From a virus: a DNA stretch of 64,000 nt. Shown piece after piece: positions 9,789-17,739 of the stretch. Position numbers and translations under genes: made by a program. Numbering within the stretch: position 1 is the first letter of the stretch; each line of letters starts with the position of its first letter. The stretch covers positions 1 to 64,000 of IMG/VR virus record IMGVR_UViG_3300027977_000031. One strand, written 5' to 3'. The notes beneath the pieces are model-generated. The model ran no database searches, was not told where the DNA came from, and saw only the letters and a program-made list of their open reading frames with translations.

Positions 9789-10010
9789 ATGAACGAACGA
9801 ATTGGTAAACTTGCTGTCAAGGCTGGAGCACATTGGGAGCATGGCGATTGGAATATGCCGTCTGCTGTGTATTTTAGTGAGAGAGATTTGGAAAAGTTCG
9901 CCGAGTTGATTGTGCGGGAATGTGCCCGAGTATATTGGAATATTGATGATGGTGAGATACATGGTCAATATGTTAATGCGTTAAAACAACATTTTGGAGT
10001 TGAAGAATGA
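9789..10010 (+). CDS. small paralogous protein, MNERI family member 3
   Basis: MNERIGKLAV...KFAELIVRECARV...QHFGVEE*. Confidence 0.55.
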   Translation: MNERIGKLAVKAGAHWEHGDWNMPSAVYFSERDLEKFAELIVRECARVYWNIDDGEIHGQYVNALKQHFGVEE

Positions 10011-10162
10011 CACTGCGTGAAATGATGACTGAGCGTATCCTGTTCTCCGTAGATGACACCACTCTGGCCACAGAGTTTAGCATCAGCCCGGACGAGATTG
10101 CCACACTCAGTGACCTAGACTTTCTGGAACTATTTGAACAAGTCACTGGATTCCAAGGCTAA
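10007..10162 (+). CDS. small acidic hypothetical protein (about 51 aa)
   Basis: ATG inside the coupling cassette (gaagaATGA). Confidence 0.35.
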   Translation: MTLREMMTERILFSVDDTTLATEFSISPDEIATLSDLDFLELFEQVTGFQG

Positions 10163-10195
10163 TGAACAAAATGAATTAGATTTCGGAGTTGAAGA

Positions 10196-10498
10196 ATGAA
10201 CAATACTAACATGAATTCCATACCATCTTTAAGAGAGATGAACACTGCTCTTGAAGTCCTTAAGGCAAACATCAAGGCTTCTACAGAAAAGGCAGCGGCC
10301 CTGACTGTTCAAATTGAAAAAGCGCAGGCACGAGAGATTTTGATTTTTCAAGCACGAACTGAATCTCAGGAGATCATGAAAAAGTACAACCTCAGTGAGG
10401 AAGATGTATTAAGTGCATTATCACTTAGTGAGACTAAAAAAGGCGGACCAGCCAAGACTGGCCTAAGTGCTATTAGAGATTATTATGATAAACTTTAA
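10196..10498 (+). CDS. hypothetical protein
   Basis: Start positioned by the cassette atttcggagttgaagaATGa. Confidence 0.45.
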   Translation: MNNTNMNSIPSLREMNTALEVLKANIKASTEKAAALTVQIEKAQAREILIFQARTESQEIMKKYNLSEEDVLSALSLSETKKGGPAKTGLSAIRDYYDKL

Positions 10499-10528
10499 TA
10501 CGATCAGAAAACATTTTGGAGTTGAAGA

Positions 10529-10732
10529 ATGACAGATTTAGAAAAACTTGAAGCACGTATTGAAGCAGTTGACACAGCTATTGCCGCGACAAAGATGGCC
10601 ATGGGTGTGGATCGCAAACTAGGACACGACAAACACCCCAATGGTCATTACACCAAAGCATTGACTGAGTTGACTGATATCCAAACTAATCTGAACGCAT
10701 TACGGGTTCGAATGATTACTGTAGGTAGATAA
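10529..10732 (+). CDS. hypothetical protein
   Basis: Start positioned by the cassette attttggagttgaagaATGa. Confidence 0.45.
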   Translation: MTDLEKLEARIEAVDTAIAATKMAMGVDRKLGHDKHPNGHYTKALTELTDIQTNLNALRVRMITVGR

Positions 10733-10733
10733 A

Positions 10734-11636
10734 ATGTTTAAAGATGAATTGAAGCAATATGTAGCCGACAATCCTAAGTTGGTTTCGATGAAACCAGCTG
10801 GTGACGGTATCTTTGTTTTGAAATACAAAAAAACTGTATTTTATAAGAACCTGTGGAACAAATATATTGCCGAATGTCGTGGATCTATTGTAGACAAGGA
10901 TTTTAACCTAGTTACATATCCATTTACAAAGATCTACAACTATGGTATTGAAAAAGAATCACCTGTGCTGTCAGATAACACTGAAGTAATCGCATACCGT
11001 AAAGTTAACGGCTTTATGGTTGCTTGTACGTGGGTTAACGGTGATGTATTAGTTTCTACTACCGGTAGTACCGACAGCCCATTTGTTGGCCTGGCCAAGG
11101 AAATGATGCTAACTCACATGTCATGGGCTGATTGGCAGTTGGCGTTTGCCAGTGCCGACATGCAAGGACTAACTGTAATGTTTGAGTGTGTTCATCCTGA
11201 CGATCCGCACATCTGTCCTGAAAAGGCTGGTATGTATGTACTAGGTCTTCGTGACAACAAATGGTGTAGTCGTATTGGACACAGCCCTGAAGTTCTCAAA
11301 ATAATGGGAACTGTATTCAACTGCTATGTTCCCGAAGTATATAGAGTTAGTCTAGGGGAACTCAAACAGATGACTAAAGAATGTCGTCACGAAGGTTATG
11401 TATTCTATACCCAAGATGGCGTGAGTGCCAAAATCAAGAGTCCTTACTACTTGACTTCGAAGTGGGTTGCTCGTAATCCCAACACTGACAAGTTGATGCG
11501 TGAGGATTTCAAGCAGCAAATTGAAGAAGAATATTATCCTTTGCTTGCTGCCATCCAAGCAGATATAGAAGCATATACTGCAAAGACTGAACAAGAACGA
11601 CTGACGTGGGTACGCAACTATCTGGAGGCAGCATGA
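10734..11636 (+). CDS. RNA ligase 1 (T4 RnlA-like)
   Basis: KxNG motif (RKVNGFM); ECRGSIV matches T4 Rnl1 ECRGIMF; C-terminal EGYVFYTQDGVSAKIKSPYY matches [20 protein letters not shown]. Confidence 0.65.
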   Translation: MFKDELKQYVADNPKLVSMKPAGDGIFVLKYKKTVFYKNLWNKYIAECRGSIVDKDFNLVTYPFTKIYNYGIEKESPVLSDNTEVIAYRKVNGFMVACTWVNGDVLVSTTGSTDSPFVGLAKEMMLTHMSWADWQLAFASADMQGLTVMFECVHPDDPHICPEKAGMYVLGLRDNKWCSRIGHSPEVLKIMGTVFNCYVPEVYRVSLGELKQMTKECRHEGYVFYTQDGVSAKIKSPYYLTSKWVARNPNTDKLMREDFKQQIEEEYYPLLAAIQADIEAYTAKTEQERLTWVRNYLEAA

Positions 11637-11812
11637 AAGATGAAAGCCATTTGCCTGTGAGTGAACAAAGTTTGATTTTTCGTCTGCGCAAGCGAGCTGA
11701 GATTCGTCGGCAGATCAGTTCACGTAAAAGTGTCGCGGAAGGTGCGCCTGACCGCATTGCTGATCTGCTGGAAGAAGCTGCTGATGCGTTAGAAGCAGCA
11801 GAGTCAAAATAA
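11633..11812 (+). CDS. hypothetical protein
   Basis: ORF overlapping the ligase stop. Confidence 0.3.
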   Translation: MKDESHLPVSEQSLIFRLRKRAEIRRQISSRKSVAEGAPDRIADLLEEAADALEAAESK

Positions 11813-11864
11813 AAATATTCGTAACTTTTTTGCCAAAAAACGCTAAAAAAAGTAATCTTAAAGG

Positions 11865-11893
11865 TTGACAAGGTATAAATAAACATATAAAAT
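11865..11893 (+). promoter_or_regulatory. sigma70-like promoter (TTGACA, 17-nt spacer, TAAAAT)
   Basis: Consensus -35 with 17-nt spacing; lies upstream of an ORF-free, terminator-bounded unit. Confidence 0.5.
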
Positions 11894-11894
11894 A

Positions 11895-12087
11895 CATGCT
11901 ATGACACACTCGATACATCATTTAACACTCAAATCACTGACACCAAGTCAGGGCACCTGCCCCGCCTTGTGGTTTGCGATTGAGATGAATTATGATCGTG
12001 GGGCCTGGGTCCAAGGAGACCGAGTATAACAAAATAGCATACTCAACATCCAAGGACCCCAGGACTAAACACCCTGGGGTTTTTTGT
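11895..12087 (+). ncRNA. candidate small RNA (promoter to intrinsic terminator, no credible ORF)
   Basis: Promoter at 11865 and terminator at 12057-12087; about 190 nt with internal GC-rich hairpins. Confidence 0.3.
12057..12087 (+). terminator. rho-independent terminator
   Basis: ccccagg-(9 nt)-cctgggg hairpin followed by TTTTTTG. Confidence 0.75.
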
Positions 12088-12319
12088 TTTGTAGAGTAGT
12101 AAAAATAGTGTGAAGTATACCAGTAACGAGGACTGGGCCCTGCACTTTAAACACGGGGCAAACGGGCGGTGGCGAGGATGGCTTATCTTCTTGTAGATAA
12201 AAAAATTCGTCATATTAAAGCAAACTGGACAGACATGTCTCCTGTAAAACGGAGAAGTATGGTGGTGATGACAGTTTGTTTTAATATACGCATTCCTATT
12301 GAGAATGCGTAAATAATCA

Positions 12320-13084
12320 ATGCCCGTATTCTTAAACTCGGTGATAGAGTTTTACATCACTAATCAATGCAATTTAGCCTGTACTAACTGTAATAGATTC
12401 AATGATCACGATTTTCGTGGTCACTACTATTGGGAAGATTCAGCTGATGCTGTAACTGCCTGGAGTCAGAGGATTAATGCACCAATGATTACTATCATTG
12501 GTGGTGAGCCCAGCTTGCATCCTGAACTAGAAACTTGGATAGTAAATCTTCGTAGATTGTGGCCAGAAACCACAATCATGATACAGAGTAATGGTACCAA
12601 CACAAAGGTAGCAAAAAGTCTTGTCTCTTATAGTAAATACCGTGTGGGATGGGGTGTAAGTTTACATCGACCAGAGATGCGTCCTGCATTGGAACGACAA
12701 TGGGGTAACCTCATTGACAATACAGAATTTACCCCGGCTGCAATAATCCCGCAAGGTGATGTATTTGCTGTGCATAACAGTGATCCAATAACTGCATTTA
12801 ATGCCTGTACCATGCGGCATAGTCACACTATATTCAAAGGACAACTGTATAAGTGTCCTGTGATGGCAGTGTTGCCAGAATTTCGTACACAACAATCAGT
12901 AATCATGGATTCAAGGCAAGAACAGTTGTTGTCACAGTATCAACCATTAAATGCTGACTGTACTGAGCAACAGTTAGTGGACTTTGTTAATACAAGACAT
13001 CAACACATTGATCAATGTGAATTTTGCCCTGGCGTATTTGATTTCGAGCCAGTGGTATTTCATCCAAGAAAAAAAATGCTCTGA
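12320..13084 (+). CDS. radical SAM enzyme (small, QueE/activase-like fold)
   Basis: CNLACTNC = CxxxCxxC; IIGGEP motif. Confidence 0.6.
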   Translation: MPVFLNSVIEFYITNQCNLACTNCNRFNDHDFRGHYYWEDSADAVTAWSQRINAPMITIIGGEPSLHPELETWIVNLRRLWPETTIMIQSNGTNTKVAKSLVSYSKYRVGWGVSLHRPEMRPALERQWGNLIDNTEFTPAAIIPQGDVFAVHNSDPITAFNACTMRHSHTIFKGQLYKCPVMAVLPEFRTQQSVIMDSRQEQLLSQYQPLNADCTEQQLVDFVNTRHQHIDQCEFCPGVFDFEPVVFHPRKKML

Positions 13085-13107
13085 TGGCATTTTGATAATT
13101 GTTCTGT

Positions 13108-13181
13108 TGGGGGTTAGTTAAATGGTATAACAGCGGATTTTGATTCCGCTATTAATGGTTCGATTCCATTACCCTCTGCCA
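13108..13181 (+). tRNA. tRNA-Gln(TTG)
   Basis: Anticodon arm gcgga-ttTTGat-tccgc; T-arm aatggttcgattccatt; CCA encoded. Confidence 0.7.
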
Positions 13182-13261
13182 TTATTCGTTCTAGGTTCGA
13201 GCCCTGGCACGTCTGCCAAACAACAAAGACCCTTTATATTGAAAGGGCATTACAAAACAAG

Positions 13262-13290
13262 TTGACCAGTATCGCACTAGGTGTTATACT
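13262..13290 (+). promoter_or_regulatory. sigma70-like promoter (TTGACC, 17-nt spacer, TATACT), copy 1 of a tandem duplicate
   Basis: About 50-bp direct repeat acaaaacaagttgaccagtatcgcactaggtgttatactagagactagt. Confidence 0.5.
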
Positions 13291-13356
13291 AGAGACTAGT
13301 CAGAAAGCAACAAGAGTTGCAAAGTCCTTCCAAGTTGTAGGGTTTTGCAAAACAAG

Positions 13357-13385
13357 TTGACCAGTATCGCACTAGGTGTTATACT
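13357..13385 (+). promoter_or_regulatory. sigma70-like promoter, copy 2 of the tandem duplicate
   Basis: Identical -35, spacer and -10 to copy 1, 95 bp downstream. Confidence 0.5.
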
Positions 13386-13717
13386 AGAGACTAGTTAGAA
13401 ACAAAGACAGTTGATAGAGACTACTTTGTATGTTCCTTAAAAAGTTAATTTTTTGTATAGTGTACTCGGGTCAGACCCGGGCACTATATGTAAACAAATA
13501 AGGTTACCTACACCGTTAGGAACTTTGTGCGAGCAACGTGGGGCCGCCCACGCTCAATAGTCAGAGTTCATGAAGCAGGACGTTGATCCGGATTTAGTGC
13601 CGGGGAGTTCGGAGTAGCGGCGGAGAATGTAGGCAGTGATGACCGTGCAGGCCCTATGTAGACGTTGCATAGGGTAGACGAAGATGCACAATGGTTCCTT
13701 GTTTGTTTTCATATAGT

Positions 13718-13792
13718 GGAGCATTCGTCTATCGGTTAGGACAGTGGGTTTTCAGTCCACTAAGAGCGGTTCGATTCCGCTATGCTCTACCA
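13718..13792 (+). tRNA. tRNA-Glu(TTC)
   Basis: Acceptor ggagcat/atgctct; anticodon loop ttTTCag; T-arm agcggttcgattccgct. Confidence 0.8.
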
Positions 13793-13874
13793 AGTTTTAT
13801 AGGAGAGTCGCAGTCGAGTCCATGCGTACTCTTAAACGAAGGGCCTACGGAGCCGCGTCCTGTCATTAGTACAT

Positions 13875-13959
13875 GGAGAATCCGCCGCAATGGTGTGGCA
13901 GGGGACTGTAAATCCTCCGACTTAGGTCATGACTGGTTCGATCCCAGTATTCTCCACCA
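13875..13959 (+). tRNA. tRNA-Tyr(GTA), class II
   Basis: Acceptor ggagaat/attctcc; anticodon loop ctGTAaa; long variable arm. Confidence 0.8.
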
Positions 13960-13963
13960 ATTT

Positions 13964-14039
13964 GGTCTTAAAGTGTTCATGGACGCACGACGGCTTGTCA
14001 CGCCGTAAGAGTGGGGATCGTTACCCCCTAAGACCGCCA
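13964..14039 (+). tRNA. tRNA-Asp(GTC)
   Basis: Acceptor ggtctta/taagacc; anticodon arm acggc-ttGTCac-gccgt. Confidence 0.85.
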
Positions 14040-14240
14040 AAACCACCTTAGGTCCGTTAGTCGCAAACGGTTATGGCAAGGGTTGTTCCTGCCTGGCGTC
14101 CGGATGAATAAGACTGTACCCCGTTAGTGTACGCTGGAGAAAGTAACCAGCACCATTATTGAAGCACATACCTAACGCCCTCTTGGAATGGGAGATAGTG
14201 TCCACAGCACTGAAGAAAGGTTCAAATGTGTTTCAATAAT

Positions 14241-14315
14241 GGGCTGTTAGTGATAATGGTAGCACAGGGGCTTTGCACGTCTCAGGTAAGAGTTCGATTC
14301 TCTTACGGTCCACCA
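14241..14315 (+). tRNA. tRNA-Ala(TGC)
   Basis: Anticodon arm ggggc-ttTGCac-gtctc; T-arm aagagttcgattctctt. Confidence 0.8.
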
Positions 14316-14322
14316 AGTTTAT

Positions 14323-14396
14323 GCGGGATTAGTTTAATGGTAAAACTGTAGATTTCCAATCTTCCGTCATCAGTTCGATTCTGATATCCCGCTCCA
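14323..14396 (+). tRNA. tRNA-Gly(TCC)
   Basis: Acceptor gcgggat/atcccgc; anticodon loop ttTCCaa; T-arm atcagttcgattctgat. Confidence 0.7.
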
Positions 14397-14404
14397 AGTT
14401 TAAT

Positions 14405-14481
14405 CTGTGTTTAGCTCAGTCTGGTAGAGTTCTTGGCCTGGAACCAAGGGGTCGTAGGTTCGAATCCTACAGCGCAGACCA
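14405..14481 (+). tRNA. tRNA-Pro(TGG) (unusual C33)
   Basis: Anticodon arm cttgg-ccTGGaa-ccaag; T-arm gtaggttcgaatcctac. Confidence 0.6.
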
Positions 14482-14486
14482 ATTAA

Positions 14487-14576
14487 GGAACGGTCCCGTA
14501 ATGGTATCGGAGCAGATTGCTAATCTGTCGGCTCACGAAAGTGGGCTTCTGAGTTCGAGTCTCAGTCGTTCCGCCA
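14487..14576 (+). tRNA. tRNA-Ser(GCT), class II
   Basis: Anticodon arm gcaga-ttGCTaa-tctgt; long variable arm; T-arm ctgagttcgagtctcag. Confidence 0.8.
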
Positions 14577-14583
14577 ATATAAT

Positions 14584-14659
14584 GCACCTTTAGCTGATGT
14601 GGTCATAGCGGCGGCCTGAAGAGCCGTGGAAGTTGGTTCAATTCCAACAGGGTGTACCA
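14584..14659 (+). tRNA. tRNA-Phe(GAA) (G37, irregular D-arm)
   Basis: Anticodon arm gcggc-ctGAAga-gccgt; T-arm gttggttcaattccaac. Confidence 0.55.
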
Positions 14660-14956
14660 AGTTTTGTAAGTGTTAGCAAGTGAAGTCACGCTATAAAGGT
14701 TACTTCGAAGGACCAATATAGTAAAAGGTAAGGGGTTCGAATCCCCGGCCCTCGAAAGGGAGTTAGTTCCAAACGGTGGACATGCTGGATGAATCCCAAG
14801 TAACGTACCGAATCCCGCTCGAGCTTGTTAATTCGGGTGAATGGTTCCTATAATGTGGTGGAACAACTTACAAATTCAATATGGAGATATAGTTGATGTC
14901 AGCACAGTGACTGAAATTTTCTGTATCACCACTCAAGAGATATATAAAATACTATT

Positions 14957-15034
14957 CCGCAGAACCCGAGCGTGGTGCATGGGCTGGACTGTTAATCCAT
15001 GGTTAGCTGGGATCGTCACCCAGATGCGGAGCCA
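14957..15034 (+). pseudogene. degenerate tRNA-like gene (possible Asn GTT anticodon; A54 T-loop atcgtca; acceptor mismatch)
   Basis: Acceptor tccgcag/atgcgga (6 of 7 pairs); 4-bp anticodon stem tgga/tcca with loop ctGTTaa; ends gCCA. Confidence 0.3.
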
Positions 15035-15039
15035 AACAA

Positions 15040-15113
15040 GCCCCATTAGTATAATGGCATTATGACGGTTTTGTAATCCGTTGGCGGGAGTTCGATTCTC
15101 TCATGGGGCACCA
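15040..15113 (+). tRNA. tRNA-Thr(TGT)
   Basis: Acceptor gccccat/atggggc; anticodon loop ttTGTaa. Confidence 0.75.
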
Positions 15114-15119
15114 AGTTAT

Positions 15120-15198
15120 CGCGGGGTAGGGGAGTCTAGTCGTCCCCGCCAGTCTCATAAGCTGGAGATCGGAGGTGCGAATCCTCCCCCCGCAACCA
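15120..15198 (+). tRNA. initiator tRNA-fMet(CAT)
   Basis: 5' CGCGGGG ... CCCCGCAACCA 3' with a C1xA72 mismatch as in E. coli tRNAfMet; anticodon loop ctCATaa. Confidence 0.85.
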
Positions 15199-15274
15199 AG
15201 TCATGTCCATGCGTCACTCACTTTGACTGAGTGTTTGCTCTATTAGATTTAGAGAGCCTCTGGACTGTTTCTTT

Positions 15275-15352
15275 ACCGCTTTAGCTCAATTGGATCAGAG
15301 CACTGTGCTACGAACGCAGGGGTTGGGAGTTCGAATCTCTCAGGTGGTGCCA
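15275..15352 (+). tRNA. tRNA-Arg(ACG)
   Basis: Anticodon arm ctgtg-ctACGaa-cgcag; D-arm gctc..gagc. Confidence 0.85.
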
Positions 15353-15357
15353 AATAT

Positions 15358-15432
15358 TGCCGCGTAACTCAGAGGTAGAGTAATCGCTTGATAAGCGATA
15401 AGTCGACATTTCGAAATTGTCCGTGGCAACCA
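15358..15432 (+). tRNA. tRNA-Ile(GAT)
   Basis: Anticodon arm atcgc-ttGATaa-gcgat. Confidence 0.85.
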
Positions 15433-15441
15433 AAAAAACAG

Positions 15442-15470
15442 TTGACAACTACTGTAAAAGGTTGTATAAT
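15442..15470 (+). promoter_or_regulatory. sigma70-like promoter (TTGACA, 17-nt spacer, TATAAT) inside the tRNA array
   Basis: Perfect consensus hexamers with 17-nt spacing. Confidence 0.6.
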
Positions 15471-15580
15471 ATAAACTTAAACACAAAGAGGTAATGACAT
15501 GAAACGTGCAAAACGCTAGTGTCGCTCTAGATCCCGTATTGGTCTAGGGTTGGCACATTAAATCAATTTAATACAACTAA

Positions 15581-15654
15581 CCCTCACAAGCATTAAGGTG
15601 ATGCACTCGGCTCTTAACCGAAAGAACACGGATCATTCCCGTGGTGTGGGACCA
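15581..15654 (+). pseudogene. degenerate tRNA-like gene (anticodon CTT? A8; T-loop atcattc)
   Basis: Acceptor ccctcac/gtgtggg (one mismatch); D-stem gcat/atgc; anticodon loop ctCTTaa; ends aCCA. Confidence 0.3.
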
Positions 15655-15658
15655 ATAT

Positions 15659-15734
15659 GGGATCATAGTTTAACGGTTAAAACATCACCCTTTTAAGGTG
15701 TAAGCTCTCGGTTCGAATCCGAGTGGTCCTACCA
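15659..15734 (+). tRNA. tRNA-Lys(TTT)
   Basis: Anticodon loop ctTTTaa; T-arm ctcggttcgaatccgag. Confidence 0.8.
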
Positions 15735-16391
15735 ATTTTCTAATAACCGATGTTCTAGATTGAGAATGAATTTATATCCAAGTGCGGTATATGCTTCTTT
15801 CTTATCACGCATTTCAGTTTCGTCTAACCAGTAAGTAGATTTAACTTCTACGATAGTGTTAGTTTCGGGTAGATAAAAATCAGGTATTGCTATTCTGTAG
15901 CGTTGCTGATTAGAGTTAAAATATTTTATTCGTAAGTGTTCTACAAAATATTTTGTTTGCGATTGATCGAGGAGTTTGGCATAATCTTCTTCGTATGATG
16001 ATCTTAGACAAAATATTTCTCCAAACCAAGCAGTATGGAAAATATGTTTGAATCTAGTATTACTTGGCATAACAACTCTATTAGTTGTTATTGCATTTGA
16101 TTGACTTTCTGAAAATGATCGTGCCTCGATATCAAACAGTCTAAAAATAATGTCCATAGTTCTTGAACTAGGTATGCTAAATTGTTTCATAAGTGTTAGC
16201 ATAGATTCGCATTTAATATGATATTCAGTATATAGCATAGACTGAATTTTTAAAAATTCAGTCTCGGCACTATTATCATAGTTAAATCCTAGCTTAATCA
16301 AGTTAGGTGATTTGTTTTTATAGAATTGACTTTTAAGAAAGTTTTGTATTATCATATAGTTATTTATCAGATTAAAAATATTTTTAACCAT
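15729..16391 (-). CDS. PD-(D/E)xK-type nuclease, probable homing endonuclease (AT-rich insert in the tRNA array)
   Basis: C-terminal IPDFYLP...IVEVK fits a PD...ExK motif; markedly AT-rich versus flanks; opposite strand inside the tRNA cluster. Confidence 0.4.
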   Translation of the reverse strand: MVKNIFNLINNYMIIQNFLKSQFYKNKSPNLIKLGFNYDNSAETEFLKIQSMLYTEYHIKCESMLTLMKQFSIPSSRTMDIIFRLFDIEARSFSESQSNAITTNRVVMPSNTRFKHIFHTAWFGEIFCLRSSYEEDYAKLLDQSQTKYFVEHLRIKYFNSNQQRYRIAIPDFYLPETNTIVEVKSTYWLDETEMRDKKEAYTALGYKFILNLEHRLLENW

Positions 16392-16714
16392 ATAAAAACA
16401 TATTAGAAGCCTTCGTGACTGTGGGCAAGTAGGTCTCTAAGTCGTTTCCGACTAGTGTGTTTCTATATGGTAAGTCGCATCCGAAAAGAAAACATCCCTT
16501 CGAAAAGGATTGTAGCAGTAAGACAAGATAAGCGGCGAGACTAGATGAGGCAAGGGTTCGGGTCCCAACGTTCATCAATAATTTGCTTAGTAAGGCGCAC
16601 GAAAGGCAAGTTGGCTTGACTCTCCATATAAAAACACATTGGCAATGCGATGTTTACAACCTTGGCAAAAGGAGTCGGCATTTCAAATGCAGAGTGTGTT
16701 TCTATATGGTTTAT

Positions 16715-16790
16715 GGTGTTTGTCGCCAAGTGGTAAGGCCTCGGGTTGTGATTCCGATATGCGTGGGTTCGATCCCCATCAGACACCCCA
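16715..16790 (+). tRNA. tRNA-His(GTG) with G-1
   Basis: Extra 5' G opposite discriminator C; anticodon arm tcggg-ttGTGat-tccga. Confidence 0.85.
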
Positions 16791-16970
16791 AATTAAAGAT
16801 TGTTTATAAAACGCAAAGCTAGATTCACGTTGGTAAAATAACGCATTTGAGCTTGGGCATTAAACACATCGTAAACAATGATGTAGCAAACACCGCGATC
16901 ACTTAGGCTTAGATAGAAATTCAAGCCCTGTGGTGTTAGATTTTGATAGCGTCTCACACAAGTATTTATT

Positions 16971-17045
16971 GGTCATGTGGCGTAGATGGATGCGCACCGC
17001 CCTCATAAGGCGAGGAGGTTGGATCGATACCAACCATGACCACCA
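16971..17045 (+). tRNA. tRNA-Met(CAT) elongator or Ile2-type (third CAT tRNA)
   Basis: Acceptor ggtcatg/catgacc; anticodon loop ctCATaa; T-loop atcgata. Confidence 0.8.
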
Positions 17046-17053
17046 AGAAATTT

Positions 17054-17137
17054 GCCCCGGTGGTGTAATGGCAGCCACGCTGGTCTTAGAAGCCAGTGCC
17101 GAAAGGCGTGTCGGTTCGAGTCCGACCTGGGGCACCA
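17054..17137 (+). tRNA. tRNA-Leu(TAG), class II
   Basis: Anticodon arm ctggt-ctTAGaa-gccag; long variable arm; T-arm gtcggttcgagtccgac. Confidence 0.85.
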
Positions 17138-17218
17138 AGTTGCTAGGCCTATGGCTTGGTCGGCGGGTTTGATTCCTGCACAGTGTATGTGGATATAAAA
17201 ATTTGGTAACATTGATTG

Positions 17219-17247
17219 TTGACTAGTTCAGCAGTCAGTGTTATAAT
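17219..17247 (+). promoter_or_regulatory. sigma70-like promoter (TTGACT, 17-nt spacer, TATAAT)
   Basis: Consensus hexamers with 17-nt spacing, ahead of the 1-kb non-coding stretch. Confidence 0.55.
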
Positions 17248-17739
17248 AAGATTCAAGGGCGGTTTAACGTCCTATAAGCTAGCTTGCTGGTTTATGAAGA
17301 ATAACTGTGGTGACACAGCCAAAGGAGGTATGCCTACATAACTCCGCTAGAGATAGTTCGTTTAAGCAAGCCTGATTCAGGTCCGTGAGGATCCGATCAC
17401 TGATAAGACCGGTGGTTGTAACAATGACGCTGGATGTTGTGGAAAGAATTAGTGGCTCAAGCGCCTGCAAGGGTAACGCAAGTCATTAGAGAGTAACAGG
17501 TGGTGCTGACCTCACAACAAAACCAGTCCAGTTAATTGGTATGAGAAAGGGTAGTGTACGTGTCCGAGAGGTTGCACTCAAGGGCTTGTATGCAGTTTAA
17601 GTGGTTGATGGATGCGTAGCAATATGCAGACATTGGTCGCAAAAAACGTCTGAGTAGTTCGCAAGACAAAAGGAACGTGGTGTGTTGTATTGTGTATTCC
17701 AAAAGAGTATGCAGCAACTGAGTCAGCACATCGCAGTAG

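Noticed and set aside
13691-14008. ORF-track entries lying over the tRNA arrays (for example 13691..14008, 14841..15065, 16541..16822, 16899..17212, 21129..21536, 25272..25805, 26570..27081, 26719..27081)
   Set aside because: They overlap well-folded tRNA or tmRNA genes on either strand and lack RBS context, so they are almost certainly spurious.
14700-14760. ggggttcgaatcccc T-arm-like hairpin followed by ggccctcga
   Set aside because: I could not build a full cloverleaf: there is no D-arm or anticodon arm and no CCA. It is probably a tRNA remnant; I did not list it as a feature.
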